A stretch of 64,000 bases of DNA from a virus: positions 3,120 through 67,119 of IMG/VR virus record IMGVR_UViG_3300025000_000090; one strand, 5' to 3'. Within the stretch, counting starts at the first letter, position 1. The number at the start of each line of letters is the position of its first letter. The translations under genes and the position numbers were made by a program. The notes below the pieces were generated by a model that made no database searches, had not been told where the DNA came from, and was given only the letters and a program-made list of their open reading frames with translations. This document shows, piece by piece, positions 48,742 to 57,276 of the stretch.

Positions 48742-49023
48742 TCATAATTTTGTATCATTATCTATTTCTTTGAATAATTGTTCTTTTAAATCCAAAATTG
48801 AAGATGCAACTACATAAACTTCATAATCTTCACCTTCAATAACTGGAAGAATTTGTGCAGATTCAACCATCCATCCCATAGGTTCAAGATTAGCTTTTGC
48901 ATTTTCTACAGCTAAAGTTAATGTATTTTCAATAGCATCCTTTTGAGCTATTTTTATTAAAGAGACAACTTCGTCCCTACTAAGAAAAATTAAATCTTCT
49001 ACTAATTGTTCAGCTTTTTTCAT
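48742..49023 (-). CDS. Hypothetical helical protein, paralog of 51299..51544
   Basis: MKKAE...LIK.AQ..AI...VE.A...SIL pattern shared with the paralog. Confidence 0.65.
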   Translation of the reverse strand: MKKAEQLVEDLIFLSRDEVVSLIKIAQKDAIENTLTLAVENAKANLEPMGWMVESAQILPVIEGEDYEVYVVASSILDLKEQLFKEIDNDTKL

Positions 49024-49190
49024 GTTGTATAATTATCATCATCTATAAATTCTGTGTGATTATTACAATCCCTACACCAATTGTCTGTAATATCATCATC
49101 AGAACAAACATTCATTATTGTTTCATCATTTGGATCAATCCATGCTTTTTGTTCTATATTAATTCCATTACAGATTTTACATCGTATCAT
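49020..49190 (-). CDS. 56-aa zinc-ribbon protein (not in ORF track)
   Basis: MIRCKICNGINIEQKAWIDPN...WCRDC. Overlaps both neighbours. Confidence 0.7.
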   Translation of the reverse strand: MIRCKICNGINIEQKAWIDPNDETIMNVCSDDDITDNWCRDCNNHTEFIDDDNYTT

Positions 49191-49401
49191 CTTCTAATTG
49201 TTTTAAGTGTTCATCAAATGACATAAACTGTGGTTCATCTTCTATTTGATCTGATATTACAGTATCACATCCAGCTAAGAAGCTTTGCCTACCAAAATCT
49301 TTCATAGCCTTAACTATATTTACGTATAGATAACTGTGATTTTGATGCAATGTGCCTTCTTTAATGTTATGCGATTCTAGGATTTGTTTTATTGTTTTCA
49401 T
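49177..49401 (-). CDS. Hypothetical protein
   Basis: 74-aa ORF within the operon. Confidence 0.6.
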   Translation of the reverse strand: MKTIKQILESHNIKEGTLHQNHSYLYVNIVKAMKDFGRQSFLAGCDTVISDQIEDEPQFMSFDEHLKQLEDDTM

Positions 49402-49402
49402 A

Positions 49403-49690
49403 TTATACTATATTAAAGTGTAACCATTTGTTTATTCTTAGTAGTTTATTGTTCTTGTTGGCATTTATTGAAATTGCATCAACATCGTTTCTTTCCAATA
49501 TTTCAATAGTAGCTAATAAATCACCAATTTCTTTTTCCAAATTAACTCTGTTTGTTGTTTTAGTTTCATCAAATGGACTATAATCATTAAACCCATGTCT
49601 AATTATTTTAGATATTATTTGTTGAACTTCGGCACATTCTTCAGAAACTATAATTAACCTTTCTAATTGGCTATCTGTTATTTTATTCAT
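49403..49690 (-). CDS. MazG-like NTP pyrophosphohydrolase
   Basis: 'EECAEV.Q.ISK..RHG' and 'LEKEIGDL'. Confidence 0.85.
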   Translation of the reverse strand: MNKITDSQLERLIIVSEECAEVQQIISKIIRHGFNDYSPFDETKTTNRVNLEKEIGDLLATIEILERNDVDAISINANKNNKLLRINKWLHFNIV

Positions 49691-50307
49691 AATTTATCTT
49701 TTAAAAACTGTTCCAATGTTACAATTTTGTATTTGATTTTAGATTGGCCCTTTTTACCCCATTTACAGTCTCTTTTATAGATTTCCAAGTCAACTACCTT
49801 TCTAGGTGTAAATGTAGCTTCAAATAAACTATTAGACCCATTGATTGGTGAAAAAGGTTTTATCTTTTGAATAAATATTTGTTTATCTTTAACCAATTGT
49901 TTTTGTTTTAATGGGAAACTAACCGAGCTACTTGTAGAGCTTTCACTCATCCCTTTAGTTTCAACAAATGTAGCTAATTTATAACCATCTTCCTTTGCTA
50001 ATCTAAATGGAATGGTTTTAGCTAATACTATTATTGGTATAGTTACATCAAGATAAAAAATATTTCTAGCTTTTTCTGTCCAAAATATGGTAAAATCAGC
50101 AGTTATAGAGCTTTTATGTAATAAGAATTCTTCTTTTTCAATTACTTTATTCTTTCCTTGAACTAAGTATTTCCTTGAATATGGCTCACATAAATCAAAA
50201 GTGTTGGCTTCATAAAAATATTCTTTTATAAAGCCAGCAACTTCTAATTCTTTACAATATAAATGGAAATAAAACTCTATATCACTTTTGAAATCTTCTC
50301 TAAGCAT
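49687..50307 (-). CDS. PD-(D/E)xK nuclease (DUF1064-like)
   Basis: 'FKS..E', 'TADF', 'VETKG' and 'FPLK.K'. Confidence 0.7.
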   Translation of the reverse strand: MLREDFKSDIEFYFHLYCKELEVAGFIKEYFYEANTFDLCEPYSRKYLVQGKNKVIEKEEFLLHKSSITADFTIFWTEKARNIFYLDVTIPIIVLAKTIPFRLAKEDGYKLATFVETKGMSESSTSSSVSFPLKQKQLVKDKQIFIQKIKPFSPINGSNSLFEATFTPRKVVDLEIYKRDCKWGKKGQSKIKYKIVTLEQFLKDKL

Positions 50308-51121
50308 GAGACAATTCTAATTCCTTTATTAGATCAAAAGCTCTGGAATTAAAAACGGCTCCAGATCCTACCACATTCCCCAACGTAGGATATTTATTAG
50401 TTAATTCATGTGTAGAATATCTTGTAAATCCATTCAGAACTCCAAATAAATTTGAACCCATTTCATCAACCTCCCTATTCATACATTGTTGAATAACTGC
50501 AACTTGATTAAGTTTCCTTGTTGAATTTTCCTCAGTAGAACTTAGTTTAGTTATTTTAGCAATTAATTCCTCAATCTCATCTCTATGAATACTAATTCCA
50601 CTCCATTCATTAAAGGTAACATATAAATCATTAGTTTCTTTGAAGTAAACATCAATCCTTTTAAGTAATTCTTCAATTTTTACATCCGCAGATGCGGTGT
50701 GTTTGATTCTATTAGTTTGACTTATCTGACTAAAGCTATTTAAACAACGAATCATTATTGTGGAAGTGCCTATAAATGAGCTAGTTGTGCCATCATAAGA
50801 TGTACCAATTACCATATAATTCTTCATTGGAAATCCAGCTACCATGTTGCTAGAAGCATTATTCTTCAAATATCCTAATATTACTCTACCATCTTTATAT
50901 TCCTGATAAGTCTCAAAATCAAATCCAGATGATACTTGTAATCTATTTGTTATGTCTTTAAAATCTCTCACTGATAGTGGATTGTAACCACTTTTCATAA
51001 TTGATAATAATGTATTATCGTCTGATCTTGATAGCCCAAGATATTTGTCTGATTCTTTTATTCCAGCATCATTTTTGTACCATATATTGCTCTTAACAAT
51101 TTCAAAATTAATGTCTTTCAT
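50300..51121 (-). CDS. DUF932/DUF945 family protein
   Basis: 'RSDD...LSI...Y.P', 'SYDGT', 'IRCLN', 'IKHT' and 'NGFTRY.TH'. Confidence 0.85.
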   Translation of the reverse strand: MKDINFEIVKSNIWYKNDAGIKESDKYLGLSRSDDNTLLSIMKSGYNPLSVRDFKDITNRLQVSSGFDFETYQEYKDGRVILGYLKNNASSNMVAGFPMKNYMVIGTSYDGTTSSFIGTSTIMIRCLNSFSQISQTNRIKHTASADVKIEELLKRIDVYFKETNDLYVTFNEWSGISIHRDEIEELIAKITKLSSTEENSTRKLNQVAVIQQCMNREVDEMGSNLFGVLNGFTRYSTHELTNKYPTLGNVVGSGAVFNSRAFDLIKELELSHA

Positions 51122-51132
51122 TTTTAATTTTA

Positions 51133-51291
51133 TTATTTTTTAATACCAGTTTTTATTTTAATCCAATATTCATTATTACAACTATTATAAGTATATAACC
51201 CCAACCATTTACTTGTACCAGCTTCATGTATTGTTCATAATTTTGGTGAGTTTGGGTAGGTTTTAATCAGTTTGTATCTTAGTTTTTCCAT
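51133..51291 (-). pseudogene. Small gene with an in-frame TGA
   Basis: MEKLRYKLIKTYPNSPKL*TIHEAG...EYWIKIKTGIKK, with TGA at 51235-51237. It fills the gap between neighbours. Confidence 0.6.
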
Positions 51292-51298
51292 ATTTTGT

Positions 51299-51544
51299 TT
51301 ATAATTCTTTAATTAGTTTATCTGCTACTGAAAGAATTGAATTTGCATCAATTATTGTATCGCAGTATTCTCTACCAGTATTTCCTTCCCAAACCTCTTT
51401 CATTCTAGCTTGTTCTACACATTCTTTAACGGTTTCCCTAATAGCATATTCTTGTGCCTGTTTTATCAATCTCAATACTTCGTTAATAGGTATGAAAGAT
51501 CCATCGTGTTCACAACCTATTATTATTATTTCAGCTTTTTTCAT
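51299..51544 (-). CDS. Hypothetical helical protein, paralog of 48742..49023
   Basis: The start is moved to MKKAE at 51544 by similarity to the paralog. Confidence 0.65.
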   Translation of the reverse strand: MKKAEIIIIGCEHDGSFIPINEVLRLIKQAQEYAIRETVKECVEQARMKEVWEGNTGREYCDTIIDANSILSVADKLIKEL

Positions 51545-51761
51545 CCAAATAAGTTTTAAGTTCTTCAATTTTGCTTTGTAAATCACAAGTATCTACAAGA
51601 CTATAATCTAAATCTTCCAAAACACTAATTGCAAATTCTATCTTTTCTTTATCAGATTGTTTCATAATCCATTTCAACTTAGTAATGGGTTTTTTTGTTT
51701 TATTATAACTATCACATTGACCTATACCAAAGAATAATTCTTTTAATTCTTCTATATTCAT
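51531..51761 (-). CDS. Hypothetical protein
   Basis: 76-aa ORF containing 'IEFAISVLE'. Confidence 0.55.
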   Translation of the reverse strand: MNIEELKELFFGIGQCDSYNKTKKPITKLKWIMKQSDKEKIEFAISVLEDLDYSLVDTCDLQSKIEELKTYLDEKS

Positions 51762-51952
51762 AATATACTTTTCTCTAAAAGTTCAAATAATTCTTGATTA
51801 TTCCAGTCATTAGGTAAGTTTAAAATATCTGTATAAATCTCCCGCCTAGCTAATCTAATAGCTTCAATAACACTTTCTTGCGTTAAAGGTTCTCCCGAAA
51901 GTTCTTCTTCAAAAATTTCTTTTGCAGTTCTCATTATAATATATTTCATCAT
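51758..51952 (-). CDS. Hypothetical protein
   Basis: Short ORF whose probable start is MRTAKEIF. Confidence 0.55.
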   Translation of the reverse strand: MMKYIIMRTAKEIFEEELSGEPLTQESVIEAIRLARREIYTDILNLPNDWNNQELFELLEKSIL

Positions 51953-52334
51953 AAAGTTTTAATATTCTACTTCTACTAATAAATAAAGGGAATTTAAGAA
52001 TTTCAGTTTTAAACTTTAAATTTTTATTAATAACATTTTGCATTTGAAGATTATGTAATTTTTCTAATCCATCAAATTGTTTTGATAGTTTTGAAATAAC
52101 ATTTCTGAACATTCCTAAAATCTGACCTTTTATTCCATGTGATAAATCTACGTTTGTTTTCTCTAGTTGAACATTATCATAAATCCAAAACCCATTTGAA
52201 CTACATTTTCTTGCAAATATATTTACTTCAATTGCATCTTGTTTGATTGATTCTTTTAATTCATTAATCTCTATGTTTAGTTTAGAATTTAAAGATATCG
52301 CATCAGAATTCACGAATTCTATTATACTCATCAT
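51909..52334 (-). CDS. Hypothetical coiled-coil protein, possibly frameshifted at the 5' end
   Basis: 141-aa ORF. A better-placed ATG at 52380 is in another frame. Confidence 0.5.
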   Translation of the reverse strand: MMSIIEFVNSDAISLNSKLNIEINELKESIKQDAIEVNIFARKCSSNGFWIYDNVQLEKTNVDLSHGIKGQILGMFRNVISKLSKQFDGLEKLHNLQMQNVINKNLKFKTEILKFPLFISRSRILKLYDEIYYNENCKRNF

Positions 52335-52376
52335 CTTTAATCTTTTTTAATTCATCAAATTCTGACTTCTTTATTA

Positions 52377-52543
52377 TCATAATTTATATATTTGTTTATT
52401 CATATCCAAATTAAATGGATTTTTATAAAACCAATAGTATTCTTCAACCATTTGGTTTGGTCTAGTAGAAAACCAAGAAAACCCATATCTATGTTTATAT
52501 TTCTTTTTTAGCTCTTTTTGAGTTTTCTTGGTATTCTGTTCAT
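52377..52543 (-). pseudogene. Small basic gene with a frameshift
   Basis: Reads MNRIPRKLKKS*. Adding one A to the A5 run gives ...KKELKKKYKHRYGFSWF...QIYKL, ending in an ATGA overlap. Confidence 0.55.
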
Positions 52544-52545
52544 GA

Positions 52546-52941
52546 TTATCTTTTAATTAATTCAATAGCTTTTAAAATTGCAAACTCTCTGGCTAATTCA
52601 TAAGTTTCAAATTCATATCCATTGTTAGAATAAGCTACAAAAAATGGAGCCATACAATCTTCCATATATATAGTTGTTTACCAACTATCCCATGAATCAA
52701 CTGTAGTTATTTCAATTAATACTTTCTTATTTCTAAACCAATCAAATATTTGTTGGTATAATGGCGCTAATAATCTATCATCATATTTATTAATTGAGAT
52801 ATAATCATCAATATCAGAATTAGTTCCAGCAATTACATGTTTTAATGCCTTGAAGCTATTATAAACAAAAATACATTCTTCATTAAATCCTAATTCTTTT
52901 AATTCTTTAGCTATTTCATAACTACAAAATTGTTGATTCAT
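52546..52941 (-). pseudogene. Conserved Bacteroidota-phage gene with an in-frame TAA
   Basis: F..YEIAKELKELGF.E.C...APLYQQ.F.WFR...SW*TTIY...FETYELAREFAILKAIELIKR. The frame continues for 43 codons after TAA 52678-52680. Confidence 0.72.
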
Positions 52942-53290
52942 CTTTATCCTTAATTAATGATTTTTTCTTCTCAACAAGCAAATACATAGCTCTAGCTTCA
53001 GATAGCTCTTCTTTAAATTGTTGCAATGCATCTATTAACACACAAGTCTTATGGATTGAATTACGGAATCCTTCAGACGTGTTGATGTCAAATATTAAAC
53101 TTACATGATCATTGTTACATCCACCAATATTGAAATAAGCATCATTTTCAAGAAAACTACTCTTAGTTAATTCACTATTAATACCACATTCTATATTATA
53201 GGAAAACGAAGCAGTTGAATGAAACCCAGGCTTATTAAGCATGCCATTGTTACCACATAATAGGTAATTTTCTTCAGATTTTATTTTCAT
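52922..53290 (-). CDS. Hypothetical protein
   Basis: 122-aa ORF overlapping its neighbours. Confidence 0.6.
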   Translation of the reverse strand: MKIKSEENYLLCGNNGMLNKPGFHSTASFSYNIECGINSELTKSSFLENDAYFNIGGCNNDHVSLIFDINTSEGFRNSIHKTCVLIDALQQFKEELSEARAMYLLVEKKKSLIKDKDESTIL

Positions 53291-53642
53291 GATTCTTTTT
53301 TAATAAGTTTAACAATTCTGATTTAAGTTTCTTTATTTCTATATTCTGAGTAGCAATCATGTCATTTAATTGTTTTAACTCAATCTCTCTATTCTGATTA
53401 AATCTTTCAATATCAAATGCTTCATATTTCTTCTTTAAATTAACAATCTGATTCTCCATATCCCTAATGTAGATACTGTTAGTTGATTGTTTATGTTCAG
53501 CATTATCATGTCTTAACAATTTATAGTTCAATTCATCATTTTCTGAAGTAAGTTTACCAATTTCAATCTTCAATAATTTAATCATTTCAGAATCTGGAAT
53601 TTTCTCTAAATCAAATATTGGATTGCCTTTTCCCATATCCAA
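53274..53642 (-). CDS. Coiled-coil hypothetical protein
   Basis: 'LKIEIGKLTSENDEL' followed by heptad repeats. Confidence 0.65.
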   Translation of the reverse strand: MDMGKGNPIFDLEKIPDSEMIKLLKIEIGKLTSENDELNYKLLRHDNAEHKQSTNSIYIRDMENQIVNLKKKYEAFDIERFNQNREIELKQLNDMIATQNIEIKKLKSELLNLLKKNHENKI

Positions 53643-53793
53643 ATAATTTTAGAAATTCGTCAAATCCAACTATTGCTCCAGTTTCTCTAACTCCATTACT
53701 ATACCAATCACAATCTTTACATTCTTTAAGCATAGTTACACCAGAAGTATCAACTTGCTTACATTCTTGTTTGTGTTTATAAGGACATTTCAT
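53611..53793 (-). CDS. Small Cys-rich protein
   Basis: CPY...C...CKDC motifs. Confidence 0.55.
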   Translation of the reverse strand: MKCPYKHKQECKQVDTSGVTMLKECKDCDWYSNGVRETGAIVGFDEFLKLFGYGKRQSNI

Positions 53794-53803
53794 AATCTAA
53801 GTT

Positions 53804-54016
53804 TTAATTCCATCCATCTTTAATTGTATTATCTTCTAATATATCTTGAGCTTTGTTACATAAATATAATCCATGCATCTGATGTCCAGAGAACCAGTGG
53901 CTTTCTAGAAATTCTTCATTTGGGTATCTATTACAATATTATTCAGAAACCCATCTCCATGAACCATCACATCTAACTCTTAGGTATTTTACGAAATTTG
54001 CTTGAAATCTAGTCAT
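53804..54016 (-). pseudogene. Small gene with an in-frame TAA
   Basis: MTRFQANFVKYLRVRCDGSWRWVSE*YCNRYP...GHQMHGLYLCNKAQDILE...GWN, with TAA at 53939-53941 and an A-rich leader. Confidence 0.65.
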
Positions 54017-54052
54017 GTTTTAAGTTTTAATTTTGTTTTAAAAGTAATTTTA

Positions 54053-55102
54053 TTAGAAAGCCAAACTATAACTATAGCTTCTTTTTAGCATTTTTTTATA
54101 ATACATATATTTCCATAATCTAGGTTCATTTTCTTTAAATTCTTCCCAACTGTTGTATTCACTAAATTTTCTTTTTAATAGTTCTTTGTTAAAATTTTTG
54201 CTTACATGAGTTCTCTTCCACAAATGTCTACATGAATATTTTCTTTTTAATAAAATTCTGTATGCCCATCTATCTTCATTTGTAATTTCTGCACTATGAT
54301 TATATTTTGATAAAATTTCTACAAGTTGTTCGTTTGATAATTTTGATCGCTTATATGAAATTTTCAAAATACCACCAATTCCACCAGTTTTTGCTCTATT
54401 TATTATGTTCCATCCGTTGTTTTTATATTTTTCAAGAAATAATCCCTCTTGGCTTACAGCCTCTTTTAGACCAATATATTCCGTTAGTTTGATAAATTTA
54501 TAATCAACTTTATTATTTTTTTCAATATATTCTTTTACTGAAGATTTTTTACTACGCAAATGTTGTGATTTTCTTTTTTCAAAATCATATGTTAACCCAA
54601 TATATGCAGAATTGTCTGAAAATTCAATTACATAAATACATCTATTAAAAATATCTCCAACATTTTCAAAACCCAGTTCTTCAATTATTCCTAAATTTCT
54701 AGCTATAACATCAGCTGAAGGGTATTTTTTTTTAAAATCAGTTCTTCTCTTAAATCCTCTTGCATGAAATTTTATTGTTTCCTCATTCCAATATCCCCTT
54801 TTCTTCCTATCATTGGGAAAAACTATTCCAAGAAGATCTCTATTTAAAGCTATTTTATATGCTCCTGGAGATTTAATAGAAAATTGTATTCTACTTTCGT
54901 GTTTATTTGCAATTTCTATTATTTCTTCATCGCTCCAGTCTGACTCATTTCTATTTATTCTTATTAAATTTAATTTATTAATCAATTTTAGTTTAACTGC
55001 TCTTTGGTAAGCTGCTGGTTGTTCTATTCTAAAATCATACAATTTTTTGTAATTTTTAGCTGCAATAATTATTTTTTCTTCATTCCACACAGATGTTCTC
55101 AT
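54053..55102 (-). mobile_element. Free-standing GIY-YIG homing endonuclease
   Basis: 'CIYVIEF...AYIGLT...R..QH...E...N...GG', preceded by three W.EE.I...A...F....P.AY..A repeats. Confidence 0.85.
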
Positions 55103-55117
55103 ATCTTTAATTTTTTG

Positions 55118-55148
55118 TAAAGATAATATAAAAATAATTATAATACAA
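55118..55148 (-). promoter_or_regulatory. Putative promoter of the GIY-YIG gene
   Basis: Minus strand TTG-N20-TATCTTTA, a one-mismatch TAnnTTTG. Confidence 0.4.
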
Positions 55149-55165
55149 CTAAATCCAATATATTT

Positions 55166-55855
55166 TTATATCCATTCTGGGTGGTTTTTTTCAATCCATT
55201 CTCTATTAATAGGTCCTTCTGTTGGCAAATTGACTAAACGGTTATATTCAGAATTAATGTCTACATCTTTAATGTTCTTTAAATAAGAAATATTAACACT
55301 TGATTTACTATAGTTTGCTGTAGGAATTCTATAATTAAGTTCAAATAAATAGATTTCATTGACATATGCCTTAGAAATCAAGTCTGAGTAAGCCCTACCA
55401 AATAAAAACCAATATTCATCAACCCCCAACATGCTTGTATAAATTTTTGCATAAGAAGATCCACTTTTTTTTGACTTATGACTAGTTATTTTAACTATTC
55501 TATCTAAAACTATTATTTTGGATTTATCTTTGTCAAAATCTAGCAAATCATATACTTCGTGCGTGGCAAACAAATGTTTGTACATGTCACAGTCATCCAA
55601 TGGATTATAAAAAATTGGGACTCCAATTAACTCTGCTTCTTCATTCACTGATTGCATAATATCAATATAACCTTCGTGTTCTTCTAATTTAGGTGTTACT
55701 TTGCAATCTTCCATTCCTATACTAAATAGACTAAATTGACCTTTATTTGACTCATTTATTTTAGCAGAACTTTTGTAAGCCCCAATTATCTTATCGTAAT
55801 TCTTTATTAAAGTCTTTCTCCATCTGAAAGTTTCTTCAATTTGTTGTTTGTTCAT
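55166..55855 (-). CDS. Stand-alone C-terminal fragment of DNA polymerase III alpha (clamp-binding motif and OB fold)
   Basis: 'R.TLI...GQFSLF', 'EEAELIGVPIFYNPLD' (compare DnaE E.E.LG.Y.S.HPL), then OB-like 'I..ITSH.SKKSG..YA.I...FLF..Y'. Confidence 0.75.
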   Translation of the reverse strand: MNKQQIEETFRWRKTLIKNYDKIIGAYKSSAKINESNKGQFSLFSIGMEDCKVTPKLEEHEGYIDIMQSVNEEAELIGVPIFYNPLDDCDMYKHLFATHEVYDLLDFDKDKSKIIVLDRIVKITSHKSKKSGSSYAKIYTSMLGVDEYWFLFGRAYSDLISKAYVNEIYLFELNYRIPTANYSKSSVNISYLKNIKDVDINSEYNRLVNLPTEGPINREWIEKNHPEWI

Positions 55856-56022
55856 TTTAATAGTTCTGGATTTTCATAGATATTTCCAATAATTCCAAAT
55901 CTAGATGTATTATTAGATATATTCCATCCATTATCTTTAAAATCCCATTGCACTAAGTAGGTTAAATATATTCCACCGCTCAAAACATCACCATCATAAA
56001 TTTCTTTTTCCTCTTGTGTCAT
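55852..56022 (-). CDS. YopX-family C-terminal fragment (not in ORF track)
   Basis: 56 aa with 'KEIYDGDVL' and 'IIGNIYENPELL'. ATGA overlaps on both sides. Confidence 0.75.
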   Translation of the reverse strand: MTQEEKEIYDGDVLSGGIYLTYLVQWDFKDNGWNISNNTSRFGIIGNIYENPELLK

Positions 56023-56678
56023 AATTTATTTCTATTAGAATTAGTCCATGTGTCTATAGATCCATCTTTATGCTCTTCCACCCATTTTGTCATATATTCA
56101 CAAAGTTGATTGTGCCACTTTTTTTGACCTTCTACTGGTTGCCAATGATTAGTTTCAGATTTTTTTGCATTTTCTAAATATTCATTAATTTCTCCAGTTA
56201 CATTTGCTAATAATAAATATAACCATCTTGGAGTAACAATAAAAGATAGTTTATCAGCGAAGCAAAGTTTTGAAGGTTGTGCATCATACTTTTTTGCATA
56301 GTACCTTGAATGGTACATTGAAAAGTTTCTCCATCTATTGCATTCATTACATAATATTGGGTGACAATTTTCAATGGTAGTACGAGGATTATAATCTCTG
56401 ATATTATCCAAATTCGACCTTTTATAACAATCAGTATGATTACAGTTTTTATCAAATAAAAACCCCATTATTTTAGCCCCAAGTTCAACATGCATTTCTC
56501 CTTCTAGTCCGTCCATATTAGGCTTTCCCCAATATCCTAAATCATGTACAAAAAATGCAATCCATATTCTTGGATCAAATGGAAATCCGTATAACTTAAT
56601 CCAGGCTATTGCAACAAACCAAGGATGTAGCAAAAAACAATGCACGCCAAATAATACACTCTTAGTTCCTATTCTCAT
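56019..56678 (-). CDS. HD-superfamily phosphohydrolase-like protein
   Basis: H...H, 'VHDLG', 'H...GA', 'YHSR' and 'LCFADKL'. Confidence 0.65.
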   Translation of the reverse strand: MRIGTKSVLFGVHCFLLHPWFVAIAWIKLYGFPFDPRIWIAFFVHDLGYWGKPNMDGLEGEMHVELGAKIMGFLFDKNCNHTDCYKRSNLDNIRDYNPRTTIENCHPILCNECNRWRNFSMYHSRYYAKKYDAQPSKLCFADKLSFIVTPRWLYLLLANVTGEINEYLENAKKSETNHWQPVEGQKKWHNQLCEYMTKWVEEHKDGSIDTWTNSNRNKL

Positions 56679-56701
56679 AACTTATAAATTCTTTATTCTA
56701 T

Positions 56702-57043
56702 TCAGTTGCTTTTTTTAATTACTTCTTTAACAAATTGATATCCTTCATACATTTTAACATCCCATTTTACAGGAGGTATTCGATTATGTTTGTCCATTAA
56801 TATTAGAGCTTCAAGCATCAAAGGAGCAGCCGCAATTAGTTTTTCATTTGCCTCAGATTCTTTACATTTAAATAATGTGTTTTTATCTTTGAATTTGCTC
56901 TTACCGACTTCTTTAAAATTGTGGCGGATAACAGTTGCTACTTCAATCCTGCCATATTCTCCTAATATCGTATATTGATAATGATTGTCTTTTATGTGGT
57001 TTTCTGCTACAATCCATTCTCCTTTAGTGTGTTCTGTTTTCAT
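56702..57043 (-). CDS. Conserved phage hypothetical protein
   Basis: 'HTKGEW...EAN..LIAAAP.MLEAL'. Confidence 0.75.
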   Translation of the reverse strand: MKTEHTKGEWIVAENHIKDNHYQYTILGEYGRIEVATVIRHNFKEVGKSKFKDKNTLFKCKESEANEKLIAAAPLMLEALILMDKHNRIPPVKWDVKMYEGYQFVKEVIKKSN

Positions 57044-57276
57044 AATTTTGCTTTTAATACATTTACTGGTTTTTCCCCAGATTCAATCTTCTTCATATCA
57101 TAAGCTAGAGCAGCCATATGTTCACCTTCGTTTGTGTATGGATACAGTTTATGTGCTCTCAATCCTTCAATAGTAAAATTCATTTGCCAATAGTGTTTCC
57201 TATTAATATGATTATATGTATAACACACACCTTTATATTTACTTGTTATATTGTGTAGTCTGAATAGATTTTTCAT
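57040..57276 (-). CDS. Stand-alone AP2 DNA-binding domain protein
   Basis: 'TSKYKGV.Y...YW...E..AALAYD...G..PVN', with no HNH part. Confidence 0.7.
   Translation of the reverse strand: MKNLFRLHNITSKYKGVCYTYNHINRKHYWQMNFTIEGLRAHKLYPYTNEGEHMAALAYDMKKIESGEKPVNVLKAKL

Noticed and set aside
49403-56678. 2-aminoadenine (dZ) pathway suggested by MazG-like and HD genes
   Set aside because: No PurZ-like gene is in the window, the two genes are over 6 kb apart, and both families are common in phages.
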